Positions 15,447 to 24,800 of a DNA stretch of 44,863 bases are shown here, in pieces; the stretch's first letter is position 1, and each line of letters opens with the position of its first letter. Made by a program: the position numbers and the translations under genes. Under the pieces are notes generated by a model. That model ran no database searches. It saw nothing but the letters and a program-made list of their open reading frames with translations, and was not told where the DNA came from. The DNA is from a virus (lineage: Duplodnaviria; Caudoviricetes): the IMG/VR virus record IMGVR_UViG_3300032237_000438, positions 1-44,863 of that record. One strand, written 5' to 3'.

Positions 15447-18194
15447 ATGGCTGCAATCTCTCAACAAATACCTAATCTGCTGGGAGGTGTCAGCCAGCAA
15501 CCTGACTCAATCAAGCTTCCTGGTCAGGTAAGGGAGGCTATCAATGCCCACCTAGACCCAACGTTTGGTTGCTCTAAGCGTCCGCCAACCAAGTACATTG
15601 CCCAGCTAGCTAATAATGTCCCGGCAACGGCCAGGTGGATCCCTGTTTTCAGGGATTCAACTGAACGGTATGTGATGTGCCTGTATAACTCAGGTACTAA
15701 CGTTATTGTTCGTGTCTGGGACACATCAGATGGTGCAGAACGTACTGTTACCGTTAGTGATCAATCCAGGCAGTATCTTCAAGCTGCGTCTCTTGATAGT
15801 ATTAACGCTATTACTATCAATGATTACACCTTCATCGCTAACTCCGAAAGGATCGTTACGATGTCTGGAGACGAAAGCACCAAGCGTTCTAATGAAGCCT
15901 TGGTAGTAGTAGATACTATTTCTTATAATACCAATTACGCTATTGACTTCAGTAATGATGGAGCAACCGCTCAGGTCAAGAAGTATAAGGCTAAAGCATT
16001 AACCATATCTCCTGGATCCTATGAGGTGGATGATGCTGGTGTGTGTACCAATAATGGTGCCCAGACCTTCTCCAATTTGTCTGGAGGTACAGGAGGTATA
16101 GGACTAGGGTTTCGAGTCGTTAACCAGTGTGCAGCCTACCTTACTGGTTCAGGAGCTTCCGCTAAATATATATCCCGATATACCTGCTCTGTAACCCTCA
16201 TCAATGGTGGTGAGAATTGGAGAGTTGGAGATACGGTTACTGTGACTGTGAACGGCAAGAGCTTTGTAATCACAGTTACTGAAGAAGAGTTCTTCTATGT
16301 CTATGCAGCCGATGGCACTGCGGTAGCTACTACACCAGTAGATACAAGTGCTGGTCAGCTTACTGTTGGCACTGTAGTCTCCAATCTTGTTACAGCAATC
16401 AACGCGCTAACAAGATATACAGCAAAGGGTGTAGGTAATGTCATCCATATTGTCCGAAATGACAGCAGAGACTTTGCCCTCTCTACTAGGGGTGGTATTA
16501 CCAATAAGGCTCTCTATGCCATTAAGAGTACTGTTAATGATATCTCTAGACTCCCACCTCAATGCGTTGATGGCTACATCCTAAGGGTTTCTAACCTAGA
16601 TCAAGCTAATGGCGACGACTACTATGTTCGCTTTATTGCTGATACTGCTGGTGTACCAGGTAGCGGCAGCTGGGAAGAGACGGTAAAGCCTGGTATTCCT
16701 GTGGCTCTTAACGCCTCCACTATGCCTCAGGCTTTAATCCGACTGTCGTCAGGTGGCTTTCAACTAAGGCCTCTTAGCCCTGAATATAGCGACACTAATA
16801 GTTGGGCTCAAAGAGATGTAGGCGACGATACTACCAACCCCATTCCCAGCTTTGTCGGTAAGAGCATATCTAATATGTTCTTCTTTGCCAATCGATTTGG
16901 TGTTCTTTCTAAGGATACTGTCGTGATGACTCAGCCTGGTGACTACTTTAACTTTTTCACAGGCTCCGCCATTGCTGTCAGTGAGGCAGATCCACTTGAT
17001 CTAGCAGCCTCAGCTACCAAGCCAGCCAATCTAATGGCGGCTGTTGGCACATCCACTGGGTTGGTGCTGTTCTCTGAGAATGTTCAGTTCTTGCTTTCAA
17101 GCTCAGAGACTTCATTCTCCACTGCCAACGCAAAGCTTACTGAGCTATCTAACTACTCATACAACTCAGTAGCACTTCCAGTTGATACTGGGGTGTCAAT
17201 TACTTTCCCATCTTCCACGGATACAGCAACTCAAGTATTTGAGATGGCTGTTACGTCGGTTGATAACCGCCCACAGGTAGCAAGTATTACCAGGGCCATC
17301 CCGACATACCTGCCATCGGGAATGAAGTTTTCTTCAGTTACTCCCAATAACTCTCTATTCCTATTTGGAGATCAGTCTAATTCACTATATGTATTTAGCT
17401 TCTTCAACTCTGGTAACGAGAGGAACCTAGCAGGGTGGGCAAAATGGGTCTATCCAGGTTCTGTGTTACTACATGCCTTTGATAAGGATACTGCATTTGC
17501 AGTACTTAAGATCAATGGCAATCCTGTCCTTGTACGTAGTGAGCTGAGAGATAGCCCAGTAGGAAGCCCCATCCTTGCCAATGGTAAGTACTTTGATCCA
17601 CGCCTGGATCTCTACGTACAGAAGTCAAAGACAACCATTGTTGCGGGTGCTACTAAATCTAAGGTCTATTTGCCCAGTGGATCTTATGCCGCTGGCTTGA
17701 CTTCTTGTGTGATCTTCACCAGTGGTACTAATGCTGGTACGTTCCAGCTGCCCACAGTTCTGCAAGATGGTACAGGCTATTACGTAGAGCTTAATAATGA
17801 CTTAGTTGCCACTGACTTTTATGTTGGTGTCACCTACGAGATGCTTGTCTCTCTACCCTCATTCTATGTAACTACCCAGGACAGAAGCGATAAGATCAAT
17901 AATCCAGTCATTGAGACTGTCTACATTGATACTTTCTATACAGGACTTCTCACGGCAACTATCAATCGCAAAGGCTATGACCAGATTGATATTGACCTAG
18001 ACAATAGTCCTGCTGATACGGCTTTGGCAAACTCTCCTCTAGTTGAAGAGATCAATAGGTCTGTCTTGAATCCTTACTGCCTTGGTAAAGATCTACATAT
18101 TACCATTAAATCTTCTACTCCATTGCCTGTAACTCTGAGTTCCTACGGCTGGTCTGGCCACTACAACAACCGTGGAGTTTCTATTATTCGATGA
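15447..18194 (+). CDS. Tail tubular protein B (gp12)
   Basis: IPNLLGGVSQQPD, WEETVKPG, GDDTTNP.PSF, FFANRF. Confidence 0.94.
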   Translation: MAAISQQIPNLLGGVSQQPDSIKLPGQVREAINAHLDPTFGCSKRPPTKYIAQLANNVPATARWIPVFRDSTERYVMCLYNSGTNVIVRVWDTSDGAERTVTVSDQSRQYLQAASLDSINAITINDYTFIANSERIVTMSGDESTKRSNEALVVVDTISYNTNYAIDFSNDGATAQVKKYKAKALTISPGSYEVDDAGVCTNNGAQTFSNLSGGTGGIGLGFRVVNQCAAYLTGSGASAKYISRYTCSVTLINGGENWRVGDTVTVTVNGKSFVITVTEEEFFYVYAADGTAVATTPVDTSAGQLTVGTVVSNLVTAINALTRYTAKGVGNVIHIVRNDSRDFALSTRGGITNKALYAIKSTVNDISRLPPQCVDGYILRVSNLDQANGDDYYVRFIADTAGVPGSGSWEETVKPGIPVALNASTMPQALIRLSSGGFQLRPLSPEYSDTNSWAQRDVGDDTTNPIPSFVGKSISNMFFFANRFGVLSKDTVVMTQPGDYFNFFTGSAIAVSEADPLDLAASATKPANLMAAVGTSTGLVLFSENVQFLLSSSETSFSTANAKLTELSNYSYNSVALPVDTGVSITFPSSTDTATQVFEMAVTSVDNRPQVASITRAIPTYLPSGMKFSSVTPNNSLFLFGDQSNSLYVFSFFNSGNERNLAGWAKWVYPGSVLLHAFDKDTAFAVLKINGNPVLVRSELRDSPVGSPILANGKYFDPRLDLYVQKSKTTIVAGATKSKVYLPSGSYAAGLTSCVIFTSGTNAGTFQLPTVLQDGTGYYVELNNDLVATDFYVGVTYEMLVSLPSFYVTTQDRSDKINNPVIETVYIDTFYTGLLTATINRKGYDQIDIDLDNSPADTALANSPLVEEINRSVLNPYCLGKDLHITIKSSTPLPVTLSSYGWSGHYNNRGVSIIR

Positions 18195-18640
18195 GTAATT
18201 ATTGCCGCACTGCCACCTACGCTGACTGCTTTGAGTTGGCTAGAAACCTACGGGCTGAGGACTTAAGGGAGGTGGAGGGCTTGGGACATCCCAGGTTTGC
18301 CATCCCCCTTAGCCTTGGTTTTAGTGAAACTGCTGTCTCTTTCTTTGCAAAAGATGGCTCACTTGCTGGCGTAGCAGGTATTGTCCGCCAATCAGATGAT
18401 GTAGGTGCTATCTGGATGTTATGCACCCCAGTAGTTCAAAAGTATCCAGTCACCTTTGTACGAGAAGCGGTTGCGTGGGTTAACTCAATTAAAGGCTACA
18501 AGCTTTTATGGAATATCGTTGATCAACGCAATACTATCCACCTAAAGCTCCTCAAAAAACTAGGCTTTAGGGCTATAAAACAGCTCAACCTAGGCCCCCA
18601 GTTCCTTCCATATTTAGAGATAGTAAAACTATGTGCTTAG
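18191..18640 (+). CDS. gp13-like protein (acetyltransferase-like fold)
   Basis: LRAEDLREV, IWML, LWNIVDQRNTIHLKLLKKLGF; synteny. Confidence 0.82.
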   Translation: MSNYCRTATYADCFELARNLRAEDLREVEGLGHPRFAIPLSLGFSETAVSFFAKDGSLAGVAGIVRQSDDVGAIWMLCTPVVQKYPVTFVREAVAWVNSIKGYKLLWNIVDQRNTIHLKLLKKLGFRAIKQLNLGPQFLPYLEIVKLCA

Positions 18641-19314
18641 CAGCAGGTATGTTCGGCGCTTCGGCGGCGACTGCGGCTGCTGTTTCTGCAACAACTGGTG
18701 TGGTGTTGAGCCTAGCCAGCATGGGTCTTAGTATTCAGCAAGCCCAGCAATCTGCCAACATGCAGGTTAATATGGCCACGCAACAGCAGGAGCTAGCCAA
18801 TAGGCAAGCTCAGCAACAGGCTTTTACTGAGAGAGCCCAGCAAGTTCAACGCCATAAAGCAGAAATAGCAGCCCAACAAACTCAGGTTAATCAGTACTAT
18901 AAGCAAGCTACCAATATCAACCAGGCGGCTAATGCCTCCTTTACAGCAGAGCAAGTAAAGCTAAACGAAGCTCGACAGAAGACTATGTTCGAGCGTCAGA
19001 ACCTACTTGCCAAGTCTATTGGTGCTAAAGGATCCATCCTGGCTACTGGTGCTACTGGCCAATCAGTTGGCCTTTTGATGAATGATGCTGACCGTCAGTA
19101 CGGTTTCGCTGCAGCTCAGCATGACGCCTCATTGGAATCAGCTCTCCAGCAAGCCGGCGTGAATATGGATCAGATTGGTATTCAACAGCAATCATCCCTC
19201 AATCAAGCTGCTTCTCAAGTTGCAGCACCAATCCAGGCCCCACAATTTGCCGCTACTCCTGTTGGAATCGGTAAGAACCTTGGCTTGGGCATTCCTTCAT
19301 ATGGGTGGGCATAA
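18631..19314 (+). CDS. Internal virion protein (gp14-like)
   Basis: MC start, hydrophobic N-terminus, Q/A-rich coiled coil; synteny. Confidence 0.8.
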   Translation: MCLAAGMFGASAATAAAVSATTGVVLSLASMGLSIQQAQQSANMQVNMATQQQELANRQAQQQAFTERAQQVQRHKAEIAAQQTQVNQYYKQATNINQAANASFTAEQVKLNEARQKTMFERQNLLAKSIGAKGSILATGATGQSVGLLMNDADRQYGFAAAQHDASLESALQQAGVNMDQIGIQQQSSLNQAASQVAAPIQAPQFAATPVGIGKNLGLGIPSYGWA

Positions 19315-21815
19315 TGGCGCGGATTCCTAAAGTTGAAGCGGCTGGAGTTCAGTTTGAACGATCTGCCCAGTCACGTACATTTAACCCCGAAGTAGTTGGA
19401 GATTTCTCAAAGCAGGCTGCTGCCCCCTCGCTCAGCGCTTTACGTGATGCAGAGACCGCTGCTAGGGACCTACAGCGACAGCAAGGTCTTGACCGTGGCT
19501 ACGAGAGCCTCCAGCAGACATCTGCTCAGGCTGAATTAAACCAGAAGAATGCCACCACTAATGCCATCCTCAAGTTCACTGACTTTGCCTTAGGAGTACC
19601 TAGTGCGCTTAAAGCAAAGCTTGATGCAGCCGAGCAAGAAGATGCCAAAAAACAGAAGCAGACGCAAGCGGTTCAGGCCATGTTTGGCAACCGACCGCAG
19701 GCTGCTGCTCAACGAGATGCCCAGACAAAGGTAGAAGTCCAGGCAGAAGGTTTAGCAATCCAAAAGGTTGCCACTGGCTTGGAAAACGATGGGACTACTA
19801 CCTCCCAGACCGTAGCTCACCAGTTGCGGGATTCAAACCCAGCCAAGGCACTAAACCGCCTTGAGGGGAATGTCTATCAAGCCAAGGCTGCTTACCCACA
19901 GTTCCTTCTTGATGCTTGGAATCAGCTTCCTGACGATCAGAAGCCAAGGACTGGAGATCAAATGGATGCCTGGATAGGAGCCACCAGCGGCGTCTTTGCC
20001 GAGGCAACGGGCCTTTGGAAACAGCCAGACGCGCTCTTGTCTGACATTGCTCCAGAGCTTCTACAGGTAAGACAAGCCTTCATCAGTGCCAAGCTCAATC
20101 AAGTTATCAAGGACGATCAGGCTGCAAACCTCAAGCTTGCAACTAACCAGATCTCTTTGATTGCAGATGACTCAAAGCTTTCTGTAGCTGAGAAGATTTC
20201 CAAGGCAGAATCCATACTCCTTAACGGCAACGTTGGCCTTCAGGGCCGCTCACGCGCCTCTAACGATAAGTTGATGGAGCTTCTGATTGGAGAAGCAGTA
20301 GTTAATAGGGATACCAAGTTCATTCAGGAGCTTCGTAAGCAAGAGAAGGTGCCTGGTGTCAGATGGGGTGACGAGTACGACGCACAGCTAGATGCAGCTG
20401 AGGAGGACATCCGTAAAGGTGCAATCCAGGAGTACAACCTCAAGAACCAGGAGAACACTATCTCCATGAAGAAGTCGGTTCAGTTCTTCTATGACGACCC
20501 AACCCCAGAGAATCGCCGGAAGGCTGTCGAAAGCTTGCGGGCGTTAGGAACGGAGGAGGCCCTTAAAGAGGCGGAGCGTCTGACAGAGAACGGGCTCGGC
20601 TACGACCCACAGGCCAAGTTCCAACTAATGGAGATGGTGGCCAGTGGTAGGCAGCCGTCTGACTCTCTCCTTAAGTCCATGCTGGATGCTGGAACTATCA
20701 GTGCTGCTGAATACAAGCAGTTCGCTAAACCAGCTGCAACTAAGGAAGGAGAGAAGAAGCTGGACAAGTTTATGTCAAGCATTAGCTCCGGACTCAAGTC
20801 TGCCATGAAGGGCAAGGCTAAGGAAGGAGACTTATCGCCAACTGTAAGTGCTGAATTGGCACTACGTCACCCCATGCTTATGGAGGAATTACGTAGTCAG
20901 TTGGCAGCTGAAGTTGCTGTTAGACCAGCCCTTGCTAACGATCCTGTCGAACTTGGCAGGCTTGCTGAGGTTAAGACCAAGGCGCTTCTCCAGCGACCAG
21001 AATATAAAATTGATCTAGACCCCAAGGGTGGTTACCACTTCCAGGGAGACCTATCCGTTGATAAGCGGGTGTCTCGGATCACTGTTGCCCCTGGTGTGCA
21101 GGACTTCTCCAGGTTCAAGCCTGAAGAGATCTTTGGATCTCTGAAGTTTCCAAGGTCAGTCATGGATGCAAGGAAAGATAAGTTCCTTCCTGTGTCAGTT
21201 CTTAAAGCTGATATTAAAAAGGTTTTAGCCGGTCAAAGCCCGTCTAACCAGACTCGACTTATTGCCAAGAACCTAGGTCTTAGCGATCAGGCTTTTATAG
21301 ATGGTCAGCTTCGAGTTAATGGACTACCAGGCCTGCTTGCTTTGAGAGAAGAAGCAAACCCAGGAGCATCCGGTGGAAACATCAAGGACGCCGCCCACGG
21401 TATGAGAACCCTTGAACAAATGGGTTTCCCGAGGCGTGGAGCTGCTTACCTGTCTGGAAATATTCAACAGGAAAGCACATGGCATGGCACTCGTTCTTGG
21501 GGCCAGGTTGCTGGTGATGGTTCTAGTAGGAATGGTGGCATTGTTTCTTGGGCTTCTTTCCCAGGCAAGCCAGCCAGGCTTGGCGCCATTGAGCGTCATT
21601 TTGGCAAGCCTATAGCTCAAATACCTGAGTCTGACCAGCTTAACTATATGGTCAGCGAAATGAAGAAGCGGAATCCCTGGGCTTACCGGGTATTTATGAA
21701 TCCCAACGCTTCAAAAGGAGATCTCAAGAGAGCTTCCCTGGATTACTGGGGATACGGACATGAGGGCTTTCGCTATTACTATGCCGAGCGTTTACTAGCT
21801 AACGGAAGACTTTAA
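19314..21815 (+). CDS. Internal virion protein (gp15-like) with C-terminal phage-tail-lysozyme domain
   Basis: TAATG coupling; C-terminal GAAYLSGNIQQES...GIVSW...QLNYMVSEM. Confidence 0.82.
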   Translation: MARIPKVEAAGVQFERSAQSRTFNPEVVGDFSKQAAAPSLSALRDAETAARDLQRQQGLDRGYESLQQTSAQAELNQKNATTNAILKFTDFALGVPSALKAKLDAAEQEDAKKQKQTQAVQAMFGNRPQAAAQRDAQTKVEVQAEGLAIQKVATGLENDGTTTSQTVAHQLRDSNPAKALNRLEGNVYQAKAAYPQFLLDAWNQLPDDQKPRTGDQMDAWIGATSGVFAEATGLWKQPDALLSDIAPELLQVRQAFISAKLNQVIKDDQAANLKLATNQISLIADDSKLSVAEKISKAESILLNGNVGLQGRSRASNDKLMELLIGEAVVNRDTKFIQELRKQEKVPGVRWGDEYDAQLDAAEEDIRKGAIQEYNLKNQENTISMKKSVQFFYDDPTPENRRKAVESLRALGTEEALKEAERLTENGLGYDPQAKFQLMEMVASGRQPSDSLLKSMLDAGTISAAEYKQFAKPAATKEGEKKLDKFMSSISSGLKSAMKGKAKEGDLSPTVSAELALRHPMLMEELRSQLAAEVAVRPALANDPVELGRLAEVKTKALLQRPEYKIDLDPKGGYHFQGDLSVDKRVSRITVAPGVQDFSRFKPEEIFGSLKFPRSVMDARKDKFLPVSVLKADIKKVLAGQSPSNQTRLIAKNLGLSDQAFIDGQLRVNGLPGLLALREEANPGASGGNIKDAAHGMRTLEQMGFPRRGAAYLSGNIQQESTWHGTRSWGQVAGDGSSRNGGIVSWASFPGKPARLGAIERHFGKPIAQIPESDQLNYMVSEMKKRNPWAYRVFMNPNASKGDLKRASLDYWGYGHEGFRYYYAERLLANGRL

Positions 21816-21866
21816 TCAACGCCCCCCGCGATGCGTCATGGGGGGTTAATTATTTACCCCCTAAAG

Positions 21867-24800
21867 ATGCCTGACTTTATTGATCAGTTATTTCAGGGTG
21901 CAGAGCAACAGAATCAAGGCAGGTTCCTGGATGAGTCCAGGGATGACCTGCTAAAGGCTGTTGCGCCTGCTCCTATTCAACAACAACCTAAGCCTCAACA
22001 ACAGCAAACTGGCCGTGTTGCTGGTCAGAATGTTCAACAACGTACTATCCCTGGTTTAGCAGCTCCATCTCTTAACGGAGCCCTCCAAGGTGTTGGTAAG
22101 TGGATCGAAGAGAACGCCAGCATCCCTATTGTGGATATGGTTGATAATGTCTTCCAGGGTAATAAGAAGACTCCAGATCAGATTGCAGCCGAGCGTAAGC
22201 AGCAAAGAGCTGCTGGCATGCAACAAGACCAAAGGATCACTGAGCAGCTCCGTCAGGACCCAGCTGGTGAGCCGATTCGTGTTGTTGGTGGTGCTATTCG
22301 TGGTGCCGCTGAGTCAGTTCTCAATACAGCTGAAATTATTGGTGATACTAACAAGTACCTCTATACGCTTGGTAATGTCAAGCAAGACCAAAACCCCTTT
22401 TCTAGTAAGTACGAGTGGGCCTCGTGGGACCTTGGTAAGGATGATGCAGGTGCCCAGACAGGCGTAGGCAAGATTGCCCAAGGCTTCCTGGAGTTTGCTG
22501 TTCTTGCTGCTGCTACTGGTGGTTTTGGTGGGTTGGAGGGAGCAGGGGCCAAGTTCGCCGCCTCTTCTACCAACCTCGGTAAAGCAGGAGTAATTGCTCA
22601 GGCTGGTGCAAGGGCTGGTGTTAGTGGCATCGCTGCGGACATGATGTCTGCTACGCGAGGAGAAGGTAACCTCTCCAACCTAATTAAGGAGAACGCACCT
22701 GAGTGGTACCCAACTTGGTTGACAGCTCTTGCTGTTGAGGAGGATGACTCCCCCTGGGAGGCAATGCTCAAGACTGCTTTTGAAGGATTTGGTCTTGGTT
22801 CTGCTTCTGATGCTGCTGGTGCCTATATCAGTGGTACCAGGGCTATTAGGAAGGCTCTCAAGAGTGGAGCTTCTGAAGAGGCTGCTGCTGCTGTCGGTGA
22901 GCAGGTCTTCAAGGAGACCATCGATTCTGCCCAACCTTTGTCTTCTGTCACTTCCACTAAGCCACTTGATACTGAGCAGTACGTCCAACGGCTTGAGGAA
23001 GTTAAAGCTGCTGACCCGACCACCTATTGGAGCGTGGACAGCGTTGATCCTGAGACTGTTGCTAAGTCTGAGCGGATTGCTGTTGATGGTGGCTACGGCC
23101 TAGTCGCCCCGGATGGTGACATCAAAGGTGTCTTCAAAGATCCAACTTCAACTCGTAAGGGTGTGGCTGATGACATCCTTCGGGCTGCTGTAGCCAAGGG
23201 TGGTATGAAGCTTGATAATTTCGACACTTACCTAACCAAGGTCTACGAGCGTAATGGCTTTGTGACCGTGGGTCGTACTCCTTTTAATGCTGAGTATGCC
23301 CCCCCGGGCTGGGATGAGGCTCTACATGGCAGACCTGATGTGGTTGCCATGATTTATGACCCTAATGGGTACCTTAAAGAGTTACAAACCCTCAAGAATG
23401 GTCCTCGTAGTTTTGAAGAGTACGATAAGCTTATAGAGTATAGAGACATGCTCCTGGAGACCAATCGAGTCCTCCAGCCTGTTAAGCGCCAATTAGCTGA
23501 GCTTAACTCAGCTTATACATTTACGCAGCTTCCCAATGGTGCCCGGATTAAGTGGCGCATTTTAGCTGACACCGACATGGCACCTGCCTTCAATCTTCCG
23601 GAAGGCATTCCTGCTTACGATATTTCCTGGGATGTAGATACGGGAACTGAACTTGGGACGTTTGGTCGCAGGGTCATGACCGACTTTAACCGTATTGCTA
23701 GGGAGCAGCTGTCACCAGGGACCCTTCTGGTCAACTACCCTGCTGGTGATAACTATGGTAGGGGTGCTAGTGCTGCCCAAAGTCGTAGGGCTAACGTCGA
23801 TGATCTGCGTCAGGCCTACATTGATGGTGCTTCCCCTGACCTCCGAGCTGAGAGGGCTGAGCGTTGGGATTCATACTCACCTCAGGAGCGGGCAGCTCTA
23901 ATTCGTATCAGTGGTGTCGCAGATATACCTGCTGAACAAGGCATTAGGGCTCGTCTCTATTCTCGGGCTGGCTTTGGTCCAGTTTCCGATGAAGGAACCC
24001 AGGCCGCTGTGGTTCGTAGCTCTCCTGATGGCCGTGGCCGTTGGCTGCAACCCATTGACCTGACTAATCCAGAAGAAGCGCGTAAGCTAATTGGTTCTCA
24101 AGGGACCTTTTTAGACAGAGCTGCTCGTCAAGCTGCATCTCTCTATGAGCCTGAGTTTGTTAATAGAACTGCCCAGGCTTATAACGCTGATTTCTTTGCC
24201 AGGAGTGCGGAGAGGGGTTACTCACAAGAGAACTATTATGCAGACTATGGCGCAAACGCAGATCCCTGGAGTGGTACAAGCGCTAGCTTCCGTGAGCAGG
24301 TATTAGCGAGCGATGCTGCTAAGGAGGGCCCCACTCTTCGCCAGCAGAGACTTGATGCCCTTCAGGAGCAGTCCCGTCAGGGGCTCCCTGTTACTTGGGA
24401 TGATGCGGCGAATGTTGTTCCTGAGCGGTTTACACCTGGGGCGGCTCCATTCGAGAATTTCGCTCCTCAGACACTCACAGACCTACAAACCATTCCTAAT
24501 TGGTTAAGCAGTGGTCGTGTAAGCTTGCTTAATCCAAGGACCGGTGATGAGGTCTCATTTTATGCAGTGAGGATTGACGACAATGCTGTCCTTACTGATC
24601 TCTCACCCGAAGGGTTAGACGCTTTCGCTGCCAAACATGCTGACATCCTTTCCCGTGATGATGCTCTTCTCAGTGTCTCCTGGAATGATGAGCTAAAAGC
24701 ACCTGAGATTCAACTTGTACGCGGTGTCTCAACTGAGGATGAGACTAGGTTTCTTGGTGACCTCTTTGATCAACCTAATTATATTGGTGTTAATGGTCGT

